Shown: positions 9,543-20,115 of the stretch, piece by piece | Layout of the letters: the number at the start of each line of letters is the position of its first letter | Position numbering within the stretch: the first letter of the stretch is position 1 | Origin: Pseudomonadota bacterium | GTDB lineage: Bacteria; Desulfobacterota; Desulfobacteria; Desulfobacterales; RPRI01 | NCBI GenBank assembly: GCA_043825875.1 | Contig: JBDRRF010000079.1 | Coordinates: 224,353-288,352 of the forward strand | Direction: 5' to 3' | DNA: 64,000 nucleotides | The notes under the pieces: model-generated | Databases searched by the model: none | The model's input: only the letters and a program-made list of their open reading frames with translations | What the model was told of the DNA's origin: nothing | Made by a program: the position numbers and the translations under genes

Positions 9543-12500
9543 AAGAGATCCATTTCTTCTAAACAATTAGTAATTAAAGGTTGAATATAAGGACTAATTT
9601 GCATGATCCCCGGACGAATTTCCTTTATAATCCCGCTTCTCTTAAGGGATTGAACCACGAGATCTGTTTTTTCTTCGTCACCGCCAAGAAGCTGTTTAAG
9701 TCGAATATCACTAAGATGTTTGTGCAGCATAAATTGCTGAAGAGTAATCAGCCAGTCCATCTTCATTTTTTTAAGAGCCTGATTGTTTGCAGCAATTGGA
9801 ATTCTGATATCTATGGTAAGCGGATTTACCTTCACAATATTACTGATCCAGTAATGTATGGCCTGACCGATATTGCCGTTTGAGATTCCAAAATATTTAT
9901 TAAATAACCCGGCAAGACGGAAATTCGAAATTAAATCTTCATTTAGCTTGCCCAGTTGAAATTTTAAACCTGTGGAACGATGTCTGAGCAGTATTGCCTC
10001 TTGCAGCTCTTCAGAATCAAAGGGTTGGCATTCTATAGCGCTGATAAAAGCATTTTCAATCGGTTTTAGCCTGTTGATAAATTTAAAACTGCGCGTTCCT
10101 GCATTTACAATAAAAAAGCATCTATCACTATATTTGTATATCAGATCAATAATTTCTTCTATTACGGCAAAGCCTTTATTGCTGCGCTGCCACCAAAGTT
10201 CCATATCATGAAATATAATCGTGCTGTTTTGTTCAAGATTATTGAACACCTTTTTATAATCCCCGTTTTGCTTCAGTATATCCGTTAAGCGATTTTTAAA
10301 TTCATTTGGATCTATACTTCCGCCATCAGGTGGAAATACATGAAAAATATTTTTACGATCGAAATACTTGTTTGTTATGGAACGGCATAAGGTAGATTTG
10401 CCGGAGTGGCGATCTCCTATAACAAGCAGTGCTCCATTGTATCCCTGACGATATGAATCGATAGCTTTTTTTGCACAATCCATTTCATATTTTCTATCAA
10501 TTATAAATTCTTTGCCGATTATCTGGTTGCCTAAAAATAATTGTTTGTAATAAAAAGGCAGTATACGGTTTATTTCATTATCCGGTGTCAGCAGTTTTAC
10601 CATTTCAAGAAGGTGGCCTGTTTCGGTCTGATAAGTTGCGGAAACTCTGCTTATTTTTTTTGCAAACAAAATCCCTTCGCTTTTTTGATAGATAAGCCTG
10701 ACCACAAGATTTTTGCTCTGTGTTTTCAACCATTCGGATATTTTTACTGCTTGTGTAAATATTTTACGGCCTTCTCTTGTGCGGATAGTTTGCTTTAATT
10801 CTCCGGCAGTTTTTGATATTAGATAAGGACTCATTTTTTCAAATGTTGCGCCAAGCAGGCGTTTAAATTCTGCCTGGAGATTTTGCTGAAGTTTTTCAAT
10901 ATTGTTATTTTCAGCGCTTATCCTGTCAAGGCCGCTTTTTACAATAACTGACAAATCGGGAACTTCCTTTTCATTGGAATCGGCATTGTTGGCATCAGAT
11001 AAAAGCGAGAGATTATGATTTGTAAATCTGACAACATCCTGAGCGATATCGTTTGTTTTTTTAAGACTTGTGGAAAGCTCGGATATATGCTGCCGTAGCG
11101 GATCAATAAGTTCCGTTTCGATCAGGAAACCGGCATAACGAAGTAAATTGATATTTAACATTAAAATATCACAGAACTGCTCCTGCTCAATTTTTTCACA
11201 TGATTCTTCCGTCATAAGTTCAATGGTATCAGGCAATTCTTCTTCCGCTGCCTGTATATCTTTAACCAGTTCATTAAATAATGAGTCCGGATTAATTATT
11301 CCCTGTAAAAAAACAGGCCAGCTTATATCCTCTTTTTCCTCTGAATTAATCGATTTCAAGTCAGTCTCTAATTTATCGAGTCTGCTTGAAAAATTATTTC
11401 CTATGCTTAATTGTATTCCATTGATGAATCGATCAAGAATAGTATTTATGCGGTTTTGAAAATTTTTAATGGTTAAATCTTCAATCAATGAATTCACGAT
11501 TAATCTTTGATGATTAAACCATGTATCGGGAATTTCCTGTAATTGTATATCAGATAACTGTTTTTTATTAAGTTGTTTATTTTTCTTTTTTATGATGCGG
11601 TTTACATTAGCACTTTCCAGATCAATAGACATCATCTGCATAATCTGGTAAAGGTTTTGTCGCAGCTCATCCGATGAGTTCTGGTAGTCTTTCTGACAAT
11701 TATCCAGAACCGATTGTAATTTCTCTTTTATTTTTATTATTTCCTGATCATATATTGTTTCATCTATACTATCTTTTTCAAGTTCCAGCCCAATAGCATT
11801 AAGACTGTCTGATACGAAAATAAATAATTTTTGCAAATCCGATATCAGGTTGTAGTTTTGCAACCCAAAATCCTGTAGATGCTTATAAACTACATCCTGC
11901 TCAATTTGTTTTATTAAGGTATTAGCAAATAAACGCATCCGGATTTTACGGCGGATTGCCATATCACCACTTTTTAACTTAACTTTTTCCCAAATTGAAG
12001 TCCTGTTTGCAATTTCATCTGTTTGGGCAGACTCAATAAATATGTTTAATTCGGATGGGCTATCGTTATGTATTTTCTGTAATTCCACAAGGAGCGCCTG
12101 AAGACCTGCTGACAAACTGTCTTTTTGTTCTAGCAGTGTAGTATCCTGAAAACTCTGAACAATCCGGTTTGAGTTAAAGAGATAGTTACTGAAAGCATGC
12201 GCCAAAGCGTTTTTGATAGCTTGCACTTCAAAATGGTTTTTATCGGGAAAAGCTTCTTTAAGCTGATTGATGTTTCTTTCAACCAGCTTTTCGATTTCTT
12301 TTAACAATAAAAGATTTTCTGCATGAATGATCTTTACTGAACCGTTTTGATACCTGGCAAATGCTTCTTCTGTTTTTGCATGAATATCAGCCATACTGTC
12401 TGCAAGCACTTTATGCTTAGGCAAAACCAGCGAGGGCGGAATATAATCGTAACCAATATAATTGTCTGGCATAATTCTGGTTTGTTTAATTGCATTCGCC

Positions 12501-14671
12501 CTTTCAAGCCCGGTATGAATAGATTTAAAAAAGGAGGATGCTTGAATCAGCAGGACTGTACCCAATGTTTTAAGGATGTTATCCGTATCTGATATGTACT
12601 GGGCAACATTTTCCTTTTCGACATCTGTTAATCCAAGTATTACAAGATCCGAATCCTGAGACTCTTTGGCAATAATTTCATTAACGGAACTCCGATCGAT
12701 ATTGTTGTTGATTATTTTTATACCGGCTTCAATTCTGTATTCTTCAATTACATTGTTTATGTTTCTATATATTATATCGTTTAATGAAGAATCTTCATTT
12801 ATAATTAAAATCCTGGCATTTGTGTCTTCCCATTCTTCGGTCATTTTCAAAAACTTTATCAATGTCAGCCCTAAAGACACCGAATTGCTGCCGCCGCCCC
12901 ACCAGAGATCTATTGTTTTATGGGAACCAAATCCCTTTTCAAAATGGTAGTCGAGCAGAAAAATATTATAATCAAGCTTTTTGAAACTTTTAATTACCTG
13001 GGCAAATTTTTCGGGCTGCTTGCTGGTTCGTGCCCATCCGAGCATAACCGAATTAGGTTCAATACCGGCAAAACCATATACTTTCGTTATGGTTTCCATT
13101 CCTTCATAAATATCGTTTACTTCCATGTGCCTTGTAAATATACCGGTAAATTCGGATTCTTTTTCATCTGATGCCTGCTGGACTTTAGGGGCAATATTTT
13201 CAGTTTTCTTGTTTTCTATTAAATTAAAATTGGAAATAATTCCTCTCTTATGAACAAGCCAGCGCCCAAATTCCAGCAAATGGGGGCGCGCTACCGTTCC
13301 ACCGCTGAAAAGTATTATATTGGGACGCCAGTTTCTCTGCTGTTTTACAGTACGATCAAGATGGTTGAGTCCGTATCTTAAAATAGATGACCAGACACCT
13401 TCCCAAGTATCACCTGAATCCAGTGTCAGTTCTTTTTTCTTAAGAAAAAGAAATATGGAACTCATAATAATAACCGCACCTATCAGAGCTATAAAATCCA
13501 GTTCAAGCATTAAGATAAAACATACTACTGCCCCGATAATGCTCACCCACCCAGGAATTTTAAAAGAAGGCATAAAATCTGTGCTGGCCCATTTTTCTAT
13601 GGCACAGCTTAAATTTAAAAAGCCGTATGTGGTGATAAAAAACATTGACACTACTCTTGCTATCAGATTCAACTCACCTATGAGAATGCCTGCTTCCGCT
13701 ATTATAAAAGACAGTATAAGAGCATTTCGCGGGTCATTTGTCTTACCGTAACCTTTGGCAAAAATACGAGGTGTAATTCCGTCTGATGATGTTGCCTGCA
13801 GAATACGGGGCGCTCCTAATATACTGCCTATAGCAGAAGATAATGTTGCTCCCCAAATGCCAGCTACAAGCAAAGGTGAATAAAATGATATTTCAAGTAA
13901 AATATTCGGATTGTTCACCAACTGGTCGGAATTAATCCGGAAAGAAAAAAATGCGGCAAGACCAATGTAAACTAACAATCCCAAGGCGATTGCGCTTATT
14001 GTTCCAATGGGAATGGATTTTTTTGGATCTTTAAGGTCTCCGGACATTGATACCCCGGCCTCAAAACCTGTTACAGCCGGGAAATAGATAGCAAACAGCA
14101 TGATAAGTGGAACAGAAGTTGTCACTGGATCAATAAGCGGTTTTACCGGTGCAAAATCGCCTTTTCCGAAAAGGATAGTAAGAAGGGACAAGACAATCGT
14201 AGTCATAATAATATATTGTGTTTTTATTGCCAGAGAAGTACTGATAATAACCAAAGTGCCTACAAGGATAATAGCTATAGTTCCGGTCAACCGGATTGTA
14301 TCTTTAGTAATCGGTAGCCCCCAAAAGCCCAAAAAACTTTCGGAAAAGCCTATTAAATATAAACTAATACTTAATGACATGCCAAAAAACAGAGCAATAC
14401 CAAGCGTTCCGCCAATAGATAAGCCCATACTGCGGGAAATTATATAGTAGGTTCCGCCCGCCTTTACTTTTTTATCGGTTGCTATGGATGAAACACTAAG
14501 ACCTGTGCAAACTGAAACAATATGTGCCACCAATATAATACCAAGTGTAAGAACAAATCCGGCCTGTCCTACTATCCAGGGCAGGCGCATATACATAATA
14601 ACGCCAAGAATAGTTAAAATTGAAGGCGTAAATACTCCGCCGAAAGTTCCGAGTTTTTTATCCTGTGCCAT
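9539..14671 (-). CDS. SLC12/cation-chloride cotransporter-like permease fused to a long helical region and a C-terminal P-loop ATPase
   Basis: LGTFGGVFTPSILTILGVIMYMR, GGTYYIISRS, FPAVTG, MSGDLKDP, NWRPNI (SLC12 C-terminal domain); later GDRHSGKST (Walker A) and IIFHD (Walker B). Confidence 0.88.
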   Translation of the reverse strand: MAQDKKLGTFGGVFTPSILTILGVIMYMRLPWIVGQAGFVLTLGIILVAHIVSVCTGLSVSSIATDKKVKAGGTYYIISRSMGLSIGGTLGIALFFGMSLSISLYLIGFSESFLGFWGLPITKDTIRLTGTIAIILVGTLVIISTSLAIKTQYIIMTTIVLSLLTILFGKGDFAPVKPLIDPVTTSVPLIMLFAIYFPAVTGFEAGVSMSGDLKDPKKSIPIGTISAIALGLLVYIGLAAFFSFRINSDQLVNNPNILLEISFYSPLLVAGIWGATLSSAIGSILGAPRILQATSSDGITPRIFAKGYGKTNDPRNALILSFIIAEAGILIGELNLIARVVSMFFITTYGFLNLSCAIEKWASTDFMPSFKIPGWVSIIGAVVCFILMLELDFIALIGAVIIMSSIFLFLKKKELTLDSGDTWEGVWSSILRYGLNHLDRTVKQQRNWRPNIILFSGGTVARPHLLEFGRWLVHKRGIISNFNLIENKKTENIAPKVQQASDEKESEFTGIFTRHMEVNDIYEGMETITKVYGFAGIEPNSVMLGWARTSKQPEKFAQVIKSFKKLDYNIFLLDYHFEKGFGSHKTIDLWWGGGSNSVSLGLTLIKFLKMTEEWEDTNARILIINEDSSLNDIIYRNINNVIEEYRIEAGIKIINNNIDRSSVNEIIAKESQDSDLVILGLTDVEKENVAQYISDTDNILKTLGTVLLIQASSFFKSIHTGLERANAIKQTRIMPDNYIGYDYIPPSLVLPKHKVLADSMADIHAKTEEAFARYQNGSVKIIHAENLLLLKEIEKLVERNINQLKEAFPDKNHFEVQAIKNALAHAFSNYLFNSNRIVQSFQDTTLLEQKDSLSAGLQALLVELQKIHNDSPSELNIFIESAQTDEIANRTSIWEKVKLKSGDMAIRRKIRMRLFANTLIKQIEQDVVYKHLQDFGLQNYNLISDLQKLFIFVSDSLNAIGLELEKDSIDETIYDQEIIKIKEKLQSVLDNCQKDYQNSSDELRQNLYQIMQMMSIDLESANVNRIIKKKNKQLNKKQLSDIQLQEIPDTWFNHQRLIVNSLIEDLTIKNFQNRINTILDRFINGIQLSIGNNFSSRLDKLETDLKSINSEEKEDISWPVFLQGIINPDSLFNELVKDIQAAEEELPDTIELMTEESCEKIEQEQFCDILMLNINLLRYAGFLIETELIDPLRQHISELSTSLKKTNDIAQDVVRFTNHNLSLLSDANNADSNEKEVPDLSVIVKSGLDRISAENNNIEKLQQNLQAEFKRLLGATFEKMSPYLISKTAGELKQTIRTREGRKIFTQAVKISEWLKTQSKNLVVRLIYQKSEGILFAKKISRVSATYQTETGHLLEMVKLLTPDNEINRILPFYYKQLFLGNQIIGKEFIIDRKYEMDCAKKAIDSYRQGYNGALLVIGDRHSGKSTLCRSITNKYFDRKNIFHVFPPDGGSIDPNEFKNRLTDILKQNGDYKKVFNNLEQNSTIIFHDMELWWQRSNKGFAVIEEIIDLIYKYSDRCFFIVNAGTRSFKFINRLKPIENAFISAIECQPFDSEELQEAILLRHRSTGLKFQLGKLNEDLISNFRLAGLFNKYFGISNGNIGQAIHYWISNIVKVNPLTIDIRIPIAANNQALKKMKMDWLITLQQFMLHKHLSDIRLKQLLGGDEEKTDLVVQSLKRSGIIKEIRPGIMQISPYIQPLITNCLEEMDLL

Positions 14672-14792
14672 ACTTTACTTACTCATTTCTGATAATTTTT
14701 TGGTTAATTATATGGGAAACATAACATACTTTAAATAATTTCACTATCATGTCAAACAACTATTAAGACATTATGGATCATAATATCTACGG

Positions 14793-15830
14793 TTATTTTT
14801 TTGACCTGAAAATTATCCATACAGCTAAGCTCATAACCAGCAAAGCAATTACATTTAATGTATATGTAAAAAACATATTCCCTGAAAAATAAGGCCAGAC
14901 CCGTTCTATGGCATATTTTTCTATCTTGTCTTCAATATCAACTGATGCATCCACAGGAAGAATCCACTCTGACTCATCATCCTTGTTAATAGTGATTACA
15001 ATGGCATGATTAAATTGCTTATGTTTATTCTCATGCAGATGTGCTCCGCCGCCGCCGGTTATGATAAAATTCGTTTGCCCGGTATTTATTCGCGCATACC
15101 CGTGGTAGTCACCCGCCAATACATAATCAATTCTCTTTTTTTTAAAAAGTGAGATCAATTCGTCACTTTTATCAAAAATTTTAGCAGAAAAGACGCTGCT
15201 AACCGGAGGAGGGATATGCATAAAAACAAATCGTTTCTTAAATTTTAAAATATATTCTTCCGGCATTTTATTAAGAAAATCTATACTTTCATGACTGGGA
15301 TAGGTTCCTCCAAGAATGCGAAGAAAAATAAAAAGACAGTGCTGGTATTCAAAGCTAAAAATACTGGGCCCGTAGTCATGCTCAAAACGCGTAATCGGAA
15401 AGCTTTTCTCACTAACATCGTGATTTCCCGGCACGTAAAAAACGGGAAAAGGCATAGCAAACTCATCCGTACATTCCGCCCGGAAATACCGGTGATCATC
15501 TTCTGTTGGATTGTCAGCACAGTCACCCAGTAAAACTGCAAAATCTATCGGAAGTACCCGCAGCTTTTCCGCCAACCGTTCAAAGGTACCAACACTTCTT
15601 GTATCTCCTATCACCGCAAATGAAAAAGACTTTTTGTCAGGCTGCTTTTCCAAACTCTCCCGATTTTTGATAAAATTGCCAAAGTTGGAAGGAAGCGGTT
15701 CATCTGAACCTTGCCGGGCAGATATGACATAGAGTTCAAAAGCAAAAAATACTGCAATTATAAAAAAAGTTACCATTGCAACAATACTTAAAACACCCAA
15801 TTTTTTTCGTGCTTGTTTTTTATTTTTCAT
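14793..15830 (-). CDS. Membrane-anchored calcineurin-like metallophosphoesterase
   Basis: GDTR, LGD, PGNHD, H, GDYH; N- and C-terminal TM segments. Confidence 0.85.
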   Translation of the reverse strand: MKNKKQARKKLGVLSIVAMVTFFIIAVFFAFELYVISARQGSDEPLPSNFGNFIKNRESLEKQPDKKSFSFAVIGDTRSVGTFERLAEKLRVLPIDFAVLLGDCADNPTEDDHRYFRAECTDEFAMPFPVFYVPGNHDVSEKSFPITRFEHDYGPSIFSFEYQHCLFIFLRILGGTYPSHESIDFLNKMPEEYILKFKKRFVFMHIPPPVSSVFSAKIFDKSDELISLFKKKRIDYVLAGDYHGYARINTGQTNFIITGGGGAHLHENKHKQFNHAIVITINKDDESEWILPVDASVDIEDKIEKYAIERVWPYFSGNMFFTYTLNVIALLVMSLAVWIIFRSKK

Positions 15831-15961
15831 GTTTTTAATTATGCCTCGTATCGATTATATATCCATTTCACAATTATCATCTATTATAAAAACAAACATT
15901 ATGAAGATTCAATGAATATACTTTTTTATACAAATAACAGGCTCTCTCCAAAGCATAGCAT

Positions 15962-16180
15962 TTACATTTTATCATTATGGCATTTCAGGCATCCCGTAAA
16001 TTTAGGATGAGGACTTGCCGGAGCTTCATCGGCATTATCAGGATGATGGCAGGACAAACATTGGCTGTCAGAAATTACACCATCGTGGATATCAGGAAAA
16101 TTTTGAATGGATTTTCCATGTATTCCCATATATGCACATCCGGTAATAAGAAGAATAAATATGAGACATATTTTTTTCAT
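15962..16180 (-). CDS. Small diheme c-type cytochrome lipoprotein
   Basis: Lipobox ITGC; two CxxCH motifs (CLSCH, CLKCH); extra His residues as possible distal ligands. Confidence 0.8.
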   Translation of the reverse strand: MKKICLIFILLITGCAYMGIHGKSIQNFPDIHDGVISDSQCLSCHHPDNADEAPASPHPKFTGCLKCHNDKM

Positions 16181-16229
16181 TATGTTGTCCTTTAAAAATA
16201 AAATTATCCGCCGCTATAAATCAGCTTTT

Positions 16230-16895
16230 TTAATCACTTAATTCACCGTCTTTTAGTTCAAAAACCCGATCTGCCATTGATAATAATTCAGGATCATGCG
16301 TAGAAAATACTACAGTGCTTTTCTGCATCCGGCTAAGCTCCCGTATAAGGGACAACACATATTTGCCTGTAGCCGTATCAAGGCTTGCAGTCGGTTCATC
16401 TGCAAACAGTATTTCAGGTTTATGGGAAAGTGCTCTTGCCACAGCAACCCTTAAGGTCTCTCCACCGGAAAGCTCAGACGGCAAAGCATTTTGTGCATCT
16501 TGCATCCCTATAATCGATAACAGTTCCGAAACTCTTGATTTTATCCTGGCAGATGTTTCGTTATTTAAATGAAGGGGAAAAGAGATATTTTCAGATACGG
16601 TTAGATAAGAAAGAAGATTTCCCTGCTGAAAGACAAATCCGGTTTTTGTTCGTAATAATTTTGACAACTGCTTAGCGCTTAATGTTTTTAAATCAATGCC
16701 GGAACATACGACTTTACCGCTGTCAGGGCTTTCCAGACCGCAACAACAATTTAAAAGAGTGGTTTTGCCTGATCCTGATTTTCCCTTTAATGCGATAATC
16801 TCACCTTTTTCAACATTAAGGCTGATATCTTTTAACACATTAACCTGCCTTCTTCCTGAATCAAATGCTTTAGATATATTATACACATTTAACAT
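16230..16895 (-). CDS. ABC transporter ATP-binding protein (LolD/MacB-like)
   Basis: GKSGSGKTT, LSGGE, DEPT, THD. Confidence 0.93.
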   Translation of the reverse strand: MLNVYNISKAFDSGRRQVNVLKDISLNVEKGEIIALKGKSGSGKTTLLNCCCGLESPDSGKVVCSGIDLKTLSAKQLSKLLRTKTGFVFQQGNLLSYLTVSENISFPLHLNNETSARIKSRVSELLSIIGMQDAQNALPSELSGGETLRVAVARALSHKPEILFADEPTASLDTATGKYVLSLIRELSRMQKSTVVFSTHDPELLSMADRVFELKDGELSD

Positions 16896-16905
16896 TAATT
16901 TGGCC

Positions 16906-18105
16906 TCAACGGTTTCTTAATATTTTTGCCGCATTACTTTTCATGACAATAATCATAGGCCATAGTGCTGCAAGTAAGCTGAAAACAAATGCCAGTACAG
17001 GAGGCACCAAAAGAGAATTGACAGTAAGCCTTGGATAGATGATTCCGGATATCACAAAATACTTGTTATGCGAAGTCATCTGAGTAAGATCGATACCTGA
17101 TCCGGCAAACCATCCGCACAAAATGGCTCCGGCAACTACTCCGGCAAGGGCTGCAAAAATGTTTAATATTATAACTTTGGACATAATAAAAAAAGCCATA
17201 AGGCCCGGAGAAAGACCCATTGTTTTTAAAATTCCGTATTCACGCAGATTCTTAAGGATAAATATTACAAATGCACATGCCACACCCACAGCAACGATGA
17301 AAAATACAATAATAGTAACTATATCCATGCATACCTGATTTAAATCCGTAAGCTGTTTTAGATCCGGCATCAAATCATACCATGCATGAAAAGCTCCTTT
17401 GCCCTCACTGATCTTTTCATATTCGGTAATTATTTTTTCAGGATTTTCACCATCATTCAGAAAAACAGCCGCATTCCAGATTACTACATCTTTTGGAATA
17501 TCTTTTATATTGCAAAATACGATTTCATCATCAAAGCCCCCTATTCCGGTTTCATAAATTCCCGAAACCGTAAATTCAATCGGAGCTGAGTCAATACTTT
17601 TCTGAAAATACAGGTGGTCATTGATATCTGCTTCAAGCTTTTTTGCAAGAAATTGTCCTATATAAATTTCTTTTTCAACACCACTTAAATATTTACCTTT
17701 GATTGTTTTTTTAGAAAGTCCCGTTGCTATTATTTCTTTCTTATAGTCAACACCGGTTAAAAGTATGGTTTCTATCCGATCTTTATTTTTAAATATTGCC
17801 GGGCATATTTTTCTTTCCAGAACATGCCTTACTCCTCTGATCTCAAGAGATTGAGGACGAATACTGCCAGGAAGATTCATTCCCTGGATATGTCCTGAAT
17901 AAAGCCCTGTCGAATTTCTGATCATGGCATCATTTGTTCCTGTTGCAAGAGCGGATAAGAAGACAAGAGTAGCAACAGAGATAAAAATCATAAATGCGAG
18001 AACAAAAGTGGCTCTCCATGAACGCGCAAGAAATTTCAAAGCAGTTTTTAGTATGAAAAAAAAGGTTCGCATCATGTTAATCCGTATATCACGATTCTTT
18101 AACAA
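16906..18105 (-). CDS. FtsX/LolC-E-like ABC permease
   Basis: N-terminal TM, periplasmic domain, REYGILKTMG, three C-terminal TMs. Confidence 0.88.
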   Translation of the reverse strand: MLKNRDIRINMMRTFFFILKTALKFLARSWRATFVLAFMIFISVATLVFLSALATGTNDAMIRNSTGLYSGHIQGMNLPGSIRPQSLEIRGVRHVLERKICPAIFKNKDRIETILLTGVDYKKEIIATGLSKKTIKGKYLSGVEKEIYIGQFLAKKLEADINDHLYFQKSIDSAPIEFTVSGIYETGIGGFDDEIVFCNIKDIPKDVVIWNAAVFLNDGENPEKIITEYEKISEGKGAFHAWYDLMPDLKQLTDLNQVCMDIVTIIVFFIVAVGVACAFVIFILKNLREYGILKTMGLSPGLMAFFIMSKVIILNIFAALAGVVAGAILCGWFAGSGIDLTQMTSHNKYFVISGIIYPRLTVNSLLVPPVLAFVFSLLAALWPMIIVMKSNAAKILRNR

Positions 18106-19120
18106 GAAATGGTGCAGCTCCTATTTGCCTTGCTATAAAACTTATCGCCAAATTCTTCATCCCAGAATGATCTTTTTCGAAAAGATCACCGAAACCTTTA
18201 TCAAGATAATCAAAAGACAAGCAAGATGCTTTTTTTTGTGCATCAGGAAAATTTAAAATCAGGTCTTTATCATCGGCAGTACCGTGTGATGCCTTATCCA
18301 TAAGCATTGTGCGAAAGGCTTCCCGATTTCTCTCATCTGGTTCATGATAAATAAGGGATGCAATATAATTATTTCTTTTCATCCGGATATCTCTTTTCAG
18401 ATCCACCATATCATCCATAATCTGGCAGCCCATTCCGATATTATAAAGAGCATTTAAAAGCTTTTGCTTTTTGCCTGAATCAATGCTTTCCAAAAGAGCC
18501 GGAACAGCCCATGGGCATTGAAACAAAACACCTGTTTTATAATGATGCACTTTTGATAAAATAATTTCGGGTTTAAGAAATTCTTTAACACCTGCTTCTT
18601 CAGATGCTTCCTGAACCCCGCTTTTGATAAGGGCTTTTAGTGTCTCATGGGCGGATATGATAATATTTTCGAAGGCAAGCTTGCCGGATAAATGTTGTTT
18701 GCAAAGAAGTTCAAAAAGCACCCTGTCCGACACCATTATGTCAATAACCGACCGGAAGCGGTAGCTTTTTTCAGGCAGGCTGGTATCCAATGTTTTTTTA
18801 TATTCATCATCTAATATATTATCACAACCTGTTACCATACCCCTGATGCAGTGGTTGATTGCAGCATAAAAGATTCTTCGATCCGCCGGTATATTTGCTT
18901 TATGATAGGAATAGATAAAAAGAAGCGAGAAAAAATTTCTTTCAAGTGAATAGAAATCTTTAGATGGATTTTTCAGTGAAATGCCACTTCCTCTGATAAC
19001 ACCATCTGCAATATTCCAGTATTGCGATAGAGCAGAAAAAAGGTCCTCTGTAAGAGTTTTGAAAATATTAACTGACTTAGGATCATTAAACAAAAGATCT
19101 ATATCATCTGATAAAACCAT
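18089..19120 (-). CDS. Class I isoprenoid synthase-fold protein (prenyltransferase/terpene synthase-like)
   Basis: Asp-rich motifs GCDNILDD and GCQIMDDMVD, plus YKTG as in trans-IPPS. Likely start ATG at 19120 with GGGAG RBS. Confidence 0.7.
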   Translation of the reverse strand: MVLSDDIDLLFNDPKSVNIFKTLTEDLFSALSQYWNIADGVIRGSGISLKNPSKDFYSLERNFFSLLFIYSYHKANIPADRRIFYAAINHCIRGMVTGCDNILDDEYKKTLDTSLPEKSYRFRSVIDIMVSDRVLFELLCKQHLSGKLAFENIIISAHETLKALIKSGVQEASEEAGVKEFLKPEIILSKVHHYKTGVLFQCPWAVPALLESIDSGKKQKLLNALYNIGMGCQIMDDMVDLKRDIRMKRNNYIASLIYHEPDERNREAFRTMLMDKASHGTADDKDLILNFPDAQKKASCLSFDYLDKGFGDLFEKDHSGMKNLAISFIARQIGAAPFLVKES

Positions 19121-19169
19121 ATAAGAAAGCTCCCGCAGTATTACTGATATAAGTTTAATGAAACAATTT

Positions 19170-19817
19170 CTAAGGCTTTCTGCTTGAAAAAACTGCAACA
19201 TACCCCAGAAATGTATTTATCAGCTCAGGTTTGGCAAACCCTGATTCTTCTATAAGACCAGGCAAAACACCTCTGATATTTTCACCGATTTCAGGCTGCA
19301 TGAACATCCATCTTGCAAAATAAGATGTCATGGCTCCTAAAAGGTTTGTGGGAATATGCATATCTGCAATTACAAGACGGCCCCCCGGTTTCAGTACCCG
19401 AAACGATTCATCAAGTGTTCTTTTTTTCAGATCCAGATCTATATGGTGAAAGAAAAAACTTGAAACAACACTATCAAAACTTTCATCTTCAAATAAAAGA
19501 TTTTCACCTGCCATGATTTCAAACTTACAGGTTTCGCTTTGTCTTTTCTTTCTTGCAGCTGCTATCATCTTTGAAGCGGCATCTATGCCCACAGCCATTG
19601 CGCCTGAATCGGCATTTAGTTTTTTTGATATCAATTCGGCAACAAGACCTGTACCGCAACCTATATCAAGAATTCTATGTTCAGCTTTAATATCAAGAAG
19701 CTCAAGCAAAAGCAGATTAATTTGCTTTTGTTTTCCGAAAAGAACAAGAGGCTCGGTAAAATCATAGATCGGCGCTGCAATATCAAGGGTTCTTCCGCGT
19801 GTTTGAATAGTTTTCAT
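19170..19817 (-). CDS. Class I SAM-dependent methyltransferase (UbiE-like)
   Basis: ILDIGCGTG, FEDESFD, RVLKPGG. Confidence 0.9.
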   Translation of the reverse strand: MKTIQTRGRTLDIAAPIYDFTEPLVLFGKQKQINLLLLELLDIKAEHRILDIGCGTGLVAELISKKLNADSGAMAVGIDAASKMIAAARKKRQSETCKFEIMAGENLLFEDESFDSVVSSFFFHHIDLDLKKRTLDESFRVLKPGGRLVIADMHIPTNLLGAMTSYFARWMFMQPEIGENIRGVLPGLIEESGFAKPELINTFLGYVAVFSSRKP

Positions 19818-19852
19818 AAATATTTAAATTATTCTCCAAATTATTGCTAAGA

Positions 19853-20049
19853 AAGGGGCCCAGGATTCGAGGGGTCAAGGGTTCAAGTGTATATTTTTCC
19901 TGTTCTCTTCTACTATAATGATATGTATAATGTTGTCATTGCTCTTTACAGCTTAAAACCAAAAATACAAGACCTTTGCCAAGCCTTTAATTCTTGATAA
20001 TTTTTTATCATTCGCTTGAATCCTGGAACCCTTGACTCCTTGAACCCTT
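19853..20049 (-). mobile_element. 8-nt-repeat-armed element, copy 2, with four-helix-bundle gene remnant
   Basis: Four 8-nt units in each inverted arm; minus-strand ATG at 20011 gives MIKNYQELKAWQRSC. Confidence 0.7.
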
Positions 20050-20115
20050 ATTGTATCACCAAAGACATAAAGATGATTCATACTTTATTAAAAAGCAATC
20101 TGACTTTATCAACTT

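Noticed and set aside
9581..14738. Many short plus-strand ORFs (and similar ones opposite hrpA, prpE, ABC genes and the rSAM gene)
   Set aside because: Antisense or alternate-frame overlaps of well-supported genes, with no motifs or RBS.
8606..20049. Avd-like remnants as a diversity-generating retroelement
   Set aside because: No reverse transcriptase and no TR/VR pair differing at adenines was seen in the window.
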